Positions 37,337 through 47,740 of a stretch of DNA of 64,000 bases are shown here, piece after piece. The stretch covers positions 64,001 to 128,000 of IMG/VR virus record IMGVR_UViG_3300045988_180880. One strand, written 5' to 3'. The DNA comes from a virus. A program made the position numbers and the translations under genes. The notes beneath the pieces are model-generated. The model saw only the letters and a program-made list of their open reading frames with translations, was not told the origin of the DNA and made no database searches. The number at the start of each line of letters is the position of its first letter. Within the stretch, counting starts at the first letter, position 1.

Positions 37337-37549
37337 ATCGATAAACAGGATTTTATAATCTTTGGTTTTCATGAATTCTATATATTTATCTACTGAAATT
37401 TTTCCAGCTGGTAGTATAGTTATACTAAGATTATCTCCAATCATTTGACACATACTATTGTATATAGGTCCTATGTTTTGAGATACTTCATTAAATGACA
37501 ATCCTGTAAATTGAGCTCCTAATCTGATAATCATTATAAATTTAATTTT
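37337..37549 (-). CDS. DnaB-like helicase, exon 2
   Basis: KIKFIMIIRLGAQFTGLS..KILFID. Confidence 0.65.
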
Positions 37550-37714
37550 CATTAAACTATTAGACTATATCATCTATATTTTTATAGTTCTATATTTAGT
37601 CGTTGAACTCTATCTCTTAGATAAAAGATAGAGATGCTAATTCTATTTTATTCTAATAGTTCTAGCATTTTAATAGAATTTTCATAGATTCTTATATCTA
37701 TGCTTCATTCGTTT
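37550..37714 (-). mobile_element. Group I intron, type A, ORF-less
   Basis: The - strand reads AAATGCTAGAAC / TTAGCATC / GTTCAACGACTAA / GATATAGTCTAA. P1 CTTT/GAAG. P2 CATAGAT/ATCTATG. Confidence 0.7.
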
Positions 37715-38404
37715 AAAGTCTTTCATTTTAAGATCTCCAAGAGCTAAATAATGTACTTTATAACCTTGTAAACTCATGTTCAATGCCTCCTGCATGGATA
37801 AAAGAGACTTTCCAACTCCTGGAGGCATTGCGATAAGTCCGAGTTGTCCAAATTCATAAGCTCCGCATGAAAAGCAATTATTTATCCATTCAAATTTACT
37901 AGGTACACCACCTTCTGCCTGTTCAGCGATGATTGAATTAATATCTATTTGTGTAAATCCAATCTCACTAAAATTATCTAGATCAGCAGTAGTTTTAACA
38001 TTTATATTTTTCACAAACTTAACATATTCTTCTGGATTTTGAGAATAGAGTCTGTTTGCTTTTTGAAGATTAACTGAATATATTACATCAGTTAAAATCT
38101 TTCTGGCTGGTTCAATTTGACTTTTTGTATATTTTTTCCATTTTATAATTTCATTCATCACCTCTTGAGTCTCTTGTGGAGTTTTCTGAGATCTAAATAA
38201 GATACTCCTAAATAAAGGCTCATCTATATTTTCTAGAGGATAAGTCTTTATAGCATCCACGAGTTGAGAGACCATACCATTTCCGGCTGTTTGTGGATTA
38301 GTCTGAAAATAATATTGAAGATCTAATATATTATTTTTAGCATCCTGAAATAAATATTGATTAAAACAGCTAAAAATCAAATCAAATACACTACCATTAT
38401 CCAT
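37715..38404 (-). CDS. DnaB-like helicase, exon 1 (Walker A)
   Basis: GLIAMPPGVGKSLLSMQ. Confidence 0.75.
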
Positions 38405-38413
38405 ACTATATTT

Positions 38414-39511
38414 TTAAAGATTTTCTTCATTAATAACTATATCTTGAATATCACAATACTTATAGTAGTTATGTAATAGTTCATCTCTTTGTTCGAATCC
38501 TTTTGTATATACCGGGATTCTTTTCGGTATTTTAGGTTTTAGTGCAAGAACGTTCATATTAGTTCCTCTTGCTGTTCGTCCTAGTTGTTGAAGAACCGAT
38601 CCAGCGTTGATATTAGAAACTAGTAATATATTTTCTAATCCAGGAAGGTCTAGTGCTCTAAATCCTGCGGCGGTACTAGGAATTATATCTACCATTCCAT
38701 TTTTAATATATTCGCATGATTGTTGAAGATCTAGGTTTGTTTTATTTCCAGACAAGTCATAATAAATATATCCTTCGCCGCAAATTAAGAGCACTCTAAA
38801 TACTCCAATAAAAAAGTTATCTATCCAAGTTGAAATAATATTATTTAAATTATTTATTGGGATATATAATTTAGGATATTTTTTTGCTATCTTTACAATC
38901 AATTCACATACTCCAGGATCAACCCAAATTTTTGACATTATTGTATTATAGACATTATTATCCTCATTAAAATCCTCTTCTGTAAATTTAATATTATTTA
39001 AAGCGATAGTATTTATGTGGATACTATTTATTTTCAGACTAGTAGGCATTCTATAAACTAATGCTGGTCCGAAATATTTAATTAAGTCCTTGTTTCTTAC
39101 TACTGTTTCCGTAATTCCCTGTGCAAATGTGATCATAACTCCTGAATCTCGATCTGCAGTTCCAGAAAATCCGTACATAACTTCAGCATTCACTAGTCTA
39201 TCATATATCCATTCACCAGAAGGATTAATAGTATATTCTACTTCATCTACTAGAACCCAATCGAATTTCTTAAGTTTCTCTTCCTCTAAAATACATAGGT
39301 CTGGATCTTTTATTTTCTTTTGATTTAGAAATCCTGAAGTAATTATACATCCAAGATCTCCATCTATTGATGTAGGTAATTTACCACCAAATCTAGACTC
39401 GTATCTTTTTACAATTTCATCTTTCGCTTTTTTTCCTGGAGTTATAACTAATACTTTTTTTCCAAGTTCATTATGTGCATAGTTTATAAGAGTTGCTATA
39501 GTTTCAGTTTT
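38414..39511 (-). CDS. SF2 (DExH-type) helicase, exon 2
   Basis: KTETIATL.., VLVDEVEY (motif II), GFSGTA (III), QQLGRTARG (VI). Confidence 0.8.
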   Translation of the reverse strand, partial: KTETIATLINYAHNELGKKVLVITPGKKAKDEIVKRYESRFGGKLPTSIDGDLGCIITSGFLNQKKIKDPDLCILEEEKLKKFDWVLVDEVEYTINPSGEWIYDRLVNAEVMYGFSGTADRDSGVMITFAQGITETVVRNKDLIKYFGPALVYRMPTSLKINSIHINTIALNNIKFTEEDFNEDNNVYNTIMSKIWVDPGVCELIVKIAKKYPKLYIPINNLNNIISTWIDNFFIGVFRVLLICGEGYIYYDLSGNKTNLDLQQSCEYIKNGMVDIIPSTAAGFRALDLPGLENILLVSNINAGSVLQQLGRTARGTNMNVLALKPKIPKRIPVYTKGFEQRDELLHNYYKYCDIQDIVINEENL

Positions 39512-40539
39512 CATTTTGTTATCTCATAAGTTTTTTATCTTATAATTCTTATTTTATTTAAATAAGATCGGCATATATATTCTTCTAATTAATAGAAGTA
39601 GGACACTCATGGGAAGATTATCTCACCTCCTATGCTCTACACTACAAAATTTATATTTGTAGATCGGTATTAGATTTAACCCATCCTTCACCGAATTTGT
39701 CCTATAATAAAATTAAGTATTTTTACTTAACTCGGCAAATTTTTTATATTTTCTCTCTAAATAAACAGTTGCATTTTTATATAATAAATTTCCTACACCA
39801 ACGGCTTTACTACATTCACTAACTATTTGATAATTATTAATTCCTTTCTTAGATGATCTCGTTGATAATAATTTTCCAAACTTATTTTTAAAAATATCCT
39901 GAATTTTAGATAGAAATTCTTTTGTTCCTAAAATATCTATCCTTAATTTATTTCTACTAGTATTCGTAATACTTCCGTCTCCATCTATATATCCCCTAAT
40001 AAATGAATATACTAAATCATTATTAGAAAATATTTTTAATGATGGGAATACTAATATTAACGACTTATTAGGTACACAACCTAATTCAATTAATCTATCG
40101 TGAAAATGTTTGTCGGTTATTATACATCTACATCTAAAATACTCTTTATTATTTATAGAAGCCGCTTTACTTACCGTTATAGATCTTTTATTTTTAAGGA
40201 ATTTATTAAATTTCTCTAAATGTTCTTTATCACTAGCTTTTAATGATAACTCTACTGAATTATTATATTTACTATTAACAAATCCATCTGCATATAAAAA
40301 TCCTAACCAATAGGCTTTTTCATCAGAATCTATATTATCAAATACTGTATTATCAAAATATAATTCTTCTTTTGGAATTGTTAATTTATATTTTTTTAAA
40401 TAATTATATAAAGTACTTTTAGAAACATTTAATTCTTTAAGAAGATCTTTACATCTATAACCTTTTTCAATCAAAGAAGTAAGATCTTCTATTTTTAACT
40501 GTTTTGATTTTGTCATGTTATTTAGATTTAAAATTATTT
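39512..40539 (-). mobile_element. Group I intron, type B-like, with LAGLIDADG ORF in the P1 loop
   Basis: Follows TATGGT. The guide GCCG and P2 hairpin overlap the last ORF codons. Core ACAAATTCGGTGAAGG / AATACCGATC. The covariant stem TAGGAC..GTCCTA replaces AGTAAGT..ACTTACT. Confidence 0.7.
39713..40516 (-). CDS. LAGLIDADG homing endonuclease
   Basis: Two motifs: YWLGFLYADGFV and FIRGYIDGDGSI. N-terminal HTH-like segment. Confidence 0.85.
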   Translation of the reverse strand: MTKSKQLKIEDLTSLIEKGYRCKDLLKELNVSKSTLYNYLKKYKLTIPKEELYFDNTVFDNIDSDEKAYWLGFLYADGFVNSKYNNSVELSLKASDKEHLEKFNKFLKNKRSITVSKAASINNKEYFRCRCIITDKHFHDRLIELGCVPNKSLILVFPSLKIFSNNDLVYSFIRGYIDGDGSITNTSRNKLRIDILGTKEFLSKIQDIFKNKFGKLLSTRSSKKGINNYQIVSECSKAVGVGNLLYKNATVYLERKYKKFAELSKNT

Positions 40540-40947
40540 ACCATATCCTGTATTAGTTTGAATAATCGCTCTCTTATATTTTAACACATGCAACATATCT
40601 TCATTTTGATAATCTCTGAGATTTGGAAATGGATAGGTTCGATAATAATCTGCAAATATTGTTCTAAGAATTGTATTATAATCTGTATCACTTAAGATAG
40701 GTTTAAATACATTAGCAATATAAGCTGCCCATCCCATTCCTAAGATAAAAGTATATATTCCTTTCTTAGGTCCGCATGATCTAGGGTTATCATAAAGTTT
40801 TGCTATTTCTTCAGTTGTATTCCAAGATTTCAACCAAGGGGAATACTTAGTTACTTTTCTTTTAAATTCTAAAAGACATTTTACACTAGGGTCATCAGTT
40901 TTTATTACTATTTTATTTATAGTATTATCTATCGATGCTGTTATCAT
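40540..40947 (-). CDS. SF2 helicase, exon 1
   Basis: LRDYQNEDMLHVL...IQTNTGYG. The Walker A is completed by KT of exon 2. Confidence 0.8.
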
Positions 40948-40948
40948 T

Positions 40949-41875
40949 TTATTTAATCCATTGTAAATTATTTCCAGCCCTAAGTTTTCGTTTCATACAT
41001 TCTTCTGGATCTTCTCCATTAGATTTTATGATATTAATAGGGCAATAATCTATTCTTTTTCTTATTTTTTTAGCTACACCCATAGATTTTTCAGTATCAT
41101 CTAAGTAACATAAGATTTTTTCTGGAACGTACTCACTAAGAAAATCTAATTGATAATCTGATATAGAACTTCCCAAAACTGCAAAAGGTATATAATCAGG
41201 TGCCATAATTAAAGCAGCTATAGCATCATATACCCCTTCCACTACTATTATTTTTCTTAGACCTTGACCATGATCTATTACATAAGGAGGCTTTGCTGAT
41301 ATTTGTGGGAAAAGATATCTAATTTTTGTCTTTCCAGAAAATCTAATCTGGTAATAAAATACTTCCCCATGATATTTAAATGGCATTACTACATTTCCAT
41401 CAACAAATTTAAAGTCTAGGAGTTTATAGATGTCGTTCATAAAAGGATGTCTACTCATTAGATAATCATAGCCTCTTTGATCAAAATTATCAAATTCATT
41501 CCAGTATTTATCTAATGTCCATATAGGATCTTCTGTAAGTTTAACTACATTTGGATGACCTGAATATCCATAATACAATGACATAAAATCAGGTACTTTA
41601 AATGATGTATCAACTTCATCAGACACATGTATATAGGCTCGATTACATACAAAACAAGTACCAACAGTTAAGTCAGTTTTTATATATAATTTATGTTTTG
41701 TATGTCCAGAATCTCTACAAAATGGACAATGAATAATATAGTGTCCTGTTGAATTTGCATGAGGTTCTACTTCTTCCATACTAGATACTCCATAAAAATC
41801 TTTAAGAAGTTCTTCGAAGTTACAAAACACTAATACACGTCCATCTTTTAATTTTACTTCTTTATAGTCTACCAT
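40949..41875 (-). CDS. DNA primase (zinc finger plus TOPRIM)
   Basis: CPFCRDSGHTKHKL..CFVCNRA, VVEGVYDAIA (TOPRIM E), YLDDTEKS (DxD). Confidence 0.75.
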   Translation of the reverse strand: MVDYKEVKLKDGRVLVFCNFEELLKDFYGVSSMEEVEPHANSTGHYIIHCPFCRDSGHTKHKLYIKTDLTVGTCFVCNRAYIHVSDEVDTSFKVPDFMSLYYGYSGHPNVVKLTEDPIWTLDKYWNEFDNFDQRGYDYLMSRHPFMNDIYKLLDFKFVDGNVVMPFKYHGEVFYYQIRFSGKTKIRYLFPQISAKPPYVIDHGQGLRKIIVVEGVYDAIAALIMAPDYIPFAVLGSSISDYQLDFLSEYVPEKILCYLDDTEKSMGVAKKIRKRIDYCPINIIKSNGEDPEECMKRKLRAGNNLQWIK

Positions 41876-41880
41876 AATTT

Positions 41881-42693
41881 TTATAATGAAACTGACATGA
41901 TAAAATACTTTCCTTTCTCAGTCCATCTTCTTTGATTGTGAGGTTTTCCATCCTTCCCAACAATCATTACATCTTTTGTTAATCCAAGAGTATCGTAAGG
42001 AGATCTTAGGAACCATTTATTACCTTGATGATATATAATATTCTTTGCTTCTAGAATACTATAAATATCTTTGCTAGACTTACATAAATTTAATCCTTTC
42101 GTAATTTCAGTCATAGTATATAGACTTTCTGAGGTAGAAAGAACCAGATTTGCAAAGGTTACTAAATCCTTTTGGGAATCTAATATATTCTTAAGGTAAA
42201 TATTTTCGTTATTAGATTCAATTAATTTTTGTTGAATATCCATATAAGCTCTTTCAAACGATTCTCTAGATTGATCAATAATAGAATATCCATTAATCAT
42301 TATTTCCTTTATTCTATCATTACACCAAATAGAGAACATAGGATTTAACCATCTAGCGAATTCTAGGGCTACGTTTTCATGTAGCCAAGTTCCCTGAAAT
42401 TTTGGCACACCTCCTTGAATTTTTACAATTAAATCCGTTATGGGAATTCCCATAACGCTTTCTAATGCTTTCAGAAATTCTTTTGTAGATTTCTGTCTAT
42501 ACCAATCAGCAAATAGCTTCCCAAAAGGTTTAGCCATTTCAGTTGCATTAATCATTGTTCCCTTACCATCTCCTCTTAATGAAAAATTAATTTCATTGTT
42601 ATCAAATTTAAAGATAAAACTTCTATCTTCCATGATATTTATACTCTTGAAATAAAAATGGAATCCCTTAGATAAAATTCTATGAGATTCCAA
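41881..42693 (-). CDS. KilA-N domain DNA-binding protein
   Basis: INATEMAKPFGK...FLK...QGTWLHENVALEFARWL. Confidence 0.65.
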   Translation of the reverse strand: MESHRILSKGFHFYFKSINIMEDRSFIFKFDNNEINFSLRGDGKGTMINATEMAKPFGKLFADWYRQKSTKEFLKALESVMGIPITDLIVKIQGGVPKFQGTWLHENVALEFARWLNPMFSIWCNDRIKEIMINGYSIIDQSRESFERAYMDIQQKLIESNNENIYLKNILDSQKDLVTFANLVLSTSESLYTMTEITKGLNLCKSSKDIYSILEAKNIIYHQGNKWFLRSPYDTLGLTKDVMIVGKDGKPHNQRRWTEKGKYFIMSVSL

Positions 42694-42711
42694 TAGTTTA
42701 TAATACTTTAT

Positions 42712-43131
42712 TTATTTTTTTTCCTCTTTAGTTTCAGGTACTGATTTTTCTTTCTCTTTTTCAGCCGGTTTTGTTGGAGTTGCTGCCGGTTTTTTATCTA
42801 CTGGCTGCGGTTCTTTTTCTTTTTCCTTATTACAAACACAAGGATCTTGATTACACTTCGGACATTCTTTTGGTGCAAAACGTTCAATAGCTTCATCAAG
42901 GGATTGAACTACAAAACCTACTGATCCTGATACTCCTGCACACATATTTATTTCAAATGGTCCTGATACAATTAATGCTAGTTCATTGTAATCATAAGAA
43001 CTTACTAGTAAACTTAGAAATTCATTACTAGGCATAATATCACCAGAAACAGAATGTGCTGGGATAGTAATTCGTTGAGTACCTGATAAAGGTAAATTAA
43101 TTTGTGATTTTGTTCCGTTATAAACTCTCAT
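42712..43131 (-). CDS. Hypothetical protein with KE/P-rich tail
   Basis: ORF with a low-complexity C-terminus. Confidence 0.5.
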   Translation of the reverse strand: MRVYNGTKSQINLPLSGTQRITIPAHSVSGDIMPSNEFLSLLVSSYDYNELALIVSGPFEINMCAGVSGSVGFVVQSLDEAIERFAPKECPKCNQDPCVCNKEKEKEPQPVDKKPAATPTKPAEKEKEKSVPETKEEKK

Positions 43132-43194
43132 AATTTTTATTTATTAATGTTTTCTATTTTATTTTCCGGGGTACACAACTAACTCCGGATTTTC

Positions 43195-44439
43195 TCAATT
43201 ATTAGGGTTTGAGTTCTCAAGGACTGTGTTTTTATCATCGGGCTCTTCTATAAATACTGGAAGATCAATTTTAGGAAGTGCACAAAGAAAATGTTTAGAT
43301 TCAGTTTTTTGAGAATTTTTCTTTTTAAAGAATCTTTTCTTTTTTTCTTCGATTACTCTATGCACTAAAATTCCAGAGATTAGTTTTCCCGTATTTACTA
43401 TATGAATATTCCATCCATCAGTTTCCGGAAATTTCATTCGAAGAGCTGATAAAACTTGATACCTTACTATAGCATATTTAGATTGAAGAGTAGCATCTTT
43501 CGGAAATTCTGTAACCTCCAAAAGATCATCCACAAACATTTCTAATTCCGTTCTTAATTTCGGATCAACTCCATCAACAATATTTACTGGAGAACCTAGA
43601 TTTATATTAATATCTTCTAAAGGAAATAAATACTCAGGAGAATCTACACTTAAAACTAGATTCTTATTAAATATTAATGAAGTATCCACAACTTTCTTAA
43701 GTGGTTTATGAAGTCTAGACACATTCTTTTTAAGGGAAAATTTACTAGAACATTCAGATCCAATTATATTATCCTTTATATACAACATTGATTCTTTAGA
43801 TAAAATCAAATCACGTCCAGATAAAAATATAACAGAACAATAGTTTCCAGCAAAACCAAGAAGATAAGGAATGGTAAAGCTAGATATTACAGATGCTGAG
43901 TTAATATATCCGCCGAAAGGATTAAAGCCAAGTAAATCTATTGCATTTTCCTTACAGTAATTAACAATATCATAATTAAAATTCAAAGGACATAAATCAA
44001 GAGAGACGAATTTAATTTTCTCTTCAATAGCTTTTTCTATGGCTTTGAGATCTTCGGCGGTCTTTGGATTCTTTACCCCAAACTCTCCAATTATTTTATA
44101 TTCCCTAAGTTGTTTAATAGTTTCTTTAATAGTTTCCAGATTTTTAAGAACTACTTCAGAATCTATCAATAACAAGTCGACTTTCTTTCTTCCAAGTTCA
44201 AGAAGATGCCCAAGGAGTGCTCTTTCAGGATTATCTAAAAAATCAATAGAAGTGATTAAGCTACTTTCTGAAAAACTCTTTATAAATTCAGAAATCAAAA
44301 AATCATTATTAGCTGAGATAGATGTATGAAAATAATCAAAAGAGTATTCATCTTCAGGATCTACCCACGGTTTAATGGTCATATTCGAAGTATCTAACCC
44401 TACCCCTTGTACTTTAAATTTTGTTGATGTTGTTGTCAT
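43195..44439 (-). CDS. Hypothetical protein, possibly aldo/keto-reductase-like TIM barrel (tentative)
   Basis: VDLLLIDS..ET..L..YKIIGEFGVKN...CPLNFNYDIVNYCKENAIDLLGFNPFGG resembles the AKR layout. The catalytic tetrad is not evident. Confidence 0.3.
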   Translation of the reverse strand: MTTTSTKFKVQGVGLDTSNMTIKPWVDPEDEYSFDYFHTSISANNDFLISEFIKSFSESSLITSIDFLDNPERALLGHLLELGRKKVDLLLIDSEVVLKNLETIKETIKQLREYKIIGEFGVKNPKTAEDLKAIEKAIEEKIKFVSLDLCPLNFNYDIVNYCKENAIDLLGFNPFGGYINSASVISSFTIPYLLGFAGNYCSVIFLSGRDLILSKESMLYIKDNIIGSECSSKFSLKKNVSRLHKPLKKVVDTSLIFNKNLVLSVDSPEYLFPLEDININLGSPVNIVDGVDPKLRTELEMFVDDLLEVTEFPKDATLQSKYAIVRYQVLSALRMKFPETDGWNIHIVNTGKLISGILVHRVIEEKKKRFFKKKNSQKTESKHFLCALPKIDLPVFIEEPDDKNTVLENSNPNN

Positions 44440-45440
44440 AAAATAGATATATTAATTATGTTATTAGATAATGTTTCATTTTTCTCAGGGAGCCAAGAGA
44501 TATTAATTATTGGTTCTTTTTCAGAATTTAAATTAATACTGTTCTTAAGAAATACTGAATCCTTAAATACTTTACAAGCTCCAAGTAATTCTAAGAAAAT
44601 AGAAAATACAAATCTCATATAATTCTTATTTCTTAGAAGAATTAATTTTATTATAGTATAATCTTGATAACTTATTTCTTTTAGATTTACTGGCTCTTCT
44701 GTTTTAGTATCAATAACTTTAAATATTGATTTTGTATCATAACCTTGAGTATTGAAAAACTTAACACAATTAGGAGAATTATCTAATTTTAATCTTTTTG
44801 TTTTTCTATTTGAATTAAGATTAAGAATATTATATCTACTAAAATGTTGTTTATCGTAAGGAACGATTTCAGGGAAAAGAATTTTATAATTATTAATCTC
44901 TATATTATTCTTTCCTGATACTATTCTATATTTCTCTGATAGATTTACTATTTTTATACCAGTCAAATTCGGAATAGATATAATTTTTGGATATCCTGGT
45001 ACCCAATCTAAAAACCATATATCATTTCGATTCGGGAGATCTAGTTTACTTAGGACTTTCTTGAATTCTAAGTAATCATGAGAATAGGTAGCTAAATGGT
45101 AAATACTATCAATCAAAAATAGTTGTAAATATCTATCACTAAGAATATAATCATAAAAAGATTTTATATTCTTTATAATAGTTTTAATTAATTCTTGTTT
45201 TTCTGTCTTCTTTGTAATAGAGTTACTACATATTCTACAAGGAAGATAATAAAAATCTTTAATTAATGTAGATAATGGACCTCTATATTTATTACATCTG
45301 AAGCAAAAATTATCAAGATCTTTTTGATGTGTTAACTCAATTTCACAATACTCTTGATAACTTAAAAAATGCTCTTCGGATAGATGTTTTTCAAATTCTA
45401 TTGGATCATTACTTTTGAATCCACACCAAATACATTCCAT
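44436..45440 (-). CDS. Hypothetical protein with N-terminal C2H2-like zinc finger
   Basis: CIWCGFKSNDPIEFEKHLSEEH. Confidence 0.5.
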   Translation of the reverse strand: MECIWCGFKSNDPIEFEKHLSEEHFLSYQEYCEIELTHQKDLDNFCFRCNKYRGPLSTLIKDFYYLPCRICSNSITKKTEKQELIKTIIKNIKSFYDYILSDRYLQLFLIDSIYHLATYSHDYLEFKKVLSKLDLPNRNDIWFLDWVPGYPKIISIPNLTGIKIVNLSEKYRIVSGKNNIEINNYKILFPEIVPYDKQHFSRYNILNLNSNRKTKRLKLDNSPNCVKFFNTQGYDTKSIFKVIDTKTEEPVNLKEISYQDYTIIKLILLRNKNYMRFVFSIFLELLGACKVFKDSVFLKNSINLNSEKEPIINISWLPEKNETLSNNIINISIL

Positions 45441-45959
45441 TTATTTTAAATTATATAATCCTGTATCAATAAATTGTTGCTTTAAATCATTTGCTAAAAT
45501 TTGCATATCTGGATGAGCATCTTTAGCACACCTTAATGAAAAGAATCCAGCTTTTTCAGGAGTATCTTCAGAAGGAATATATGTAAAATCCTCAATGTAA
45601 CCAGTCATACATAGTTCGGTTTTTATATCATTTGGAAGTAATCCTCTAGCTTCTTCTGGTTTTAGTTTTTCTCCTTCGTCAGTAGAAGTTGCATATAAAT
45701 AATCGATCTCTGTATTCCTCCATGATCTATCAAAAGTTGCAATAGTTCTATCCCATACTGTAAGATCTTCCCATAATTCCTGCCCATCTATGTCATGAAT
45801 ATAACTTCGAGATAATCCTGTTTGAGAATCTATAGTTGATGCAATATCTTCTCTAACTCTATATATCCACTGAGGAAGAATAAAGGTAAGTTCCCCTCCA
45901 AATCTATCTTTTGAATAATTTACATAACGTTGAGATTCTTGAAGAAATGAAAACGCTCT
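45441..45959 (-). CDS. thyX: Flavin-dependent thymidylate synthase ThyX, exon 2
   Basis: Begins RAFSFLQESQRYV, the second half of the ThyX signature. Confidence 0.85.
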   Translation of the reverse strand, partial: RAFSFLQESQRYVNYSKDRFGGELTFILPQWIYRVREDIASTIDSQTGLSRSYIHDIDGQELWEDLTVWDRTIATFDRSWRNTEIDYLYATSTDEGEKLKPEEARGLLPNDIKTELCMTGYIEDFTYIPSEDTPEKAGFFSLRCAKDAHPDMQILANDLKQQFIDTGLYNLK

Positions 45960-46156
45960 CATTACTTATTTCTTTTTCAAGAAAAATTGGACTATATCAT
46001 CATCTTTTATTATCAATAAGATGTCTAGTACTTATTAGTCTCTGAACCATTCAATTCTATTGATTGATTTGGATGCTGGTTAGTATAATCTAATACTTTT
46101 CAGCAATTCTCTAGATTATTCTTGTAGTGTCTCCACTACTTGGCACAAAACGTTCT
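45960..46156 (-). mobile_element. Group I intron (canonical core), ORF-less
   Basis: The - strand reads GAATTGCTGAAAAG / AACCAGCATC / GGTTCAGAGACTAATA / GATATAGTCC. P1 GGCAT/GTGCC with U.G. Confidence 0.8.
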
Positions 46157-46597
46157 ATGCCGAACAAGTTCATGAGATATGCCTCTACTACAGATCCATC
46201 TAGTTGTGACTCTGTGATAATGGTTTTCAGTAGGTTCACACCAATATTTTTTCATAACTCCTTCTAGATTATGTTGATAAATAATTCTTAGATCTGTAGT
46301 AATCTCATAAGTTCCAGTTACTGAGTTATGATACCATCTAGTGTAAGGAGCAGTTTTGAAAAAGATCTCCAAGTAGTATCTATCCTCTTCTGGGATACTG
46401 AGATATACAGTTCCTGAGTTAAAAACCGCCCAATGACCTCTAGAAAAAAGCATATTGTCAAACCTTTCCCATGAATCTTCTGTGATTTTATCTTCAGATT
46501 TATAAGCCAATCTTCCAATTTTCTCTACATGTTTCATTAATCCATCCACCCCAGGTTGTTGAGGGAGAATGGATACACTTGATTTTACGATTTTCAT
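46157..46597 (-). CDS. thyX: ThyX, exon 1
   Basis: Ends ..SHELVRH. The junction gives RH-R AFSFLQESQRY. Confidence 0.85.
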
Positions 46598-46702
46598 ATT
46601 GTTTTTTATTGTTTAATGATTACATCTATAAGTTCTTCAAGGTTCTAGAAGAGCAAAAAGAAGACCTAACACCTATTTCTAAGTGCTAAGTCTTCTGAGT
46701 TT

Positions 46703-46930
46703 TTAACCTTGGTTATTACTCAATTCTGTTGTTACTTTTTGAATTTTCTCCTTAATAATTTTCTTGTAATGATAGTCAGGGAATCTCATACTTGTAATCT
46801 GAGTACCTCCCTTTTTTGTAGTGGATATAACAGCAACTGGTTCCATATATCTTGTCATTACATCGATACATTGTTTGTAAACACCAATTAATTTCTTCTT
46901 TGCCTGTTTTTCTTTTCTACTCAATTTCAT
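46703..46930 (-). CDS. Hypothetical small basic protein
   Basis: ORF with the TCTTATAAATGTAA motif 26 nt upstream. Confidence 0.5.
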   Translation of the reverse strand: MKLSRKEKQAKKKLIGVYKQCIDVMTRYMEPVAVISTTKKGGTQITSMRFPDYHYKKIIKEKIQKVTTELSNNQG

Positions 46931-47008
46931 TTTTACAAATTTTTTAAGTTATTATTACATTTATAAGATTTTTAAAGGTTTTTGAAGGAAAGAAAAAGAG
47001 AGGGAATT

Positions 47009-47719
47009 TTATTTTCCCTCCCTAGTGTCCATAATTCGCTTTCTAAGATCTTCTGTTAATTTAGAATACCCAAGTTTTTCTTCTAATTCAGTTACTTCTT
47101 TTTCTATTTCATTTAACATTTCATCTGTCCTTTCTTTATTTTCAAAAAGTAATATAAGTTTTCTCACCTCTCGTATTTCATCTACAATTTTACGATACAC
47201 ATTAAAAACAAGTCCTTGAAAAATTTTATCTCTCAATAAATTTAATCTATGATAAGCTCTTGCTCTTGACAATGTTTCTTTTTTATTGGCATTCATAAAA
47301 TCCTCAACCTGTTTTATTTCATCCAAATAAGATAATAATTGTTCTTTAGATTTTGTTTTATATTTATCTTTTTTCCCAATTTTTTGCTCTATAGAAGTAA
47401 TCTGTTTATTTAATTTTCTTCTATTAATATCTTCTATTTCTTTTTGATTTTCAATATCTTTTGAATAGCTTTGAATCATTTTATTTATCACTTTTTCTTG
47501 CTCTTCAATATCTTTTTCTTCACTAATATGAATGTTATCTTTAGAAGTAATATGCCAACCTCCACAGCATGTACAATAATAAGCTCTAGTAGGTTTCTTA
47601 TTTCCTGTAAAATCCTCTGAGTTGAATTCTATAAATCTATCAGCTTCATCTTTACTTTCAAATAACATCTTAGCTCTATTAGCTAATGGACAATAAATTC
47701 TATTCTTTTTTGGTTTCAT
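47009..47719 (-). CDS. Hypothetical zinc-ribbon plus coiled-coil protein
   Basis: CPL..(N)..YYCTCCGGWHITS, then heptad-rich K/E sequence. Confidence 0.5.
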   Translation of the reverse strand: MKPKKNRIYCPLANRAKMLFESKDEADRFIEFNSEDFTGNKKPTRAYYCTCCGGWHITSKDNIHISEEKDIEEQEKVINKMIQSYSKDIENQKEIEDINRRKLNKQITSIEQKIGKKDKYKTKSKEQLLSYLDEIKQVEDFMNANKKETLSRARAYHRLNLLRDKIFQGLVFNVYRKIVDEIREVRKLILLFENKERTDEMLNEIEKEVTELEEKLGYSKLTEDLRKRIMDTREGK

Positions 47720-47740
47720 AATATTTTAATTTATATGTTT

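Noticed and set aside
43132-43194. The hairpin TCCGGGGTACACAACTAACTCCGGA as a terminator for the - strand gene 43195-44439.
   Set aside because: On the - strand it is followed by an A-run, not a T-run. It may act for + strand read-through or be structural only. Not called.
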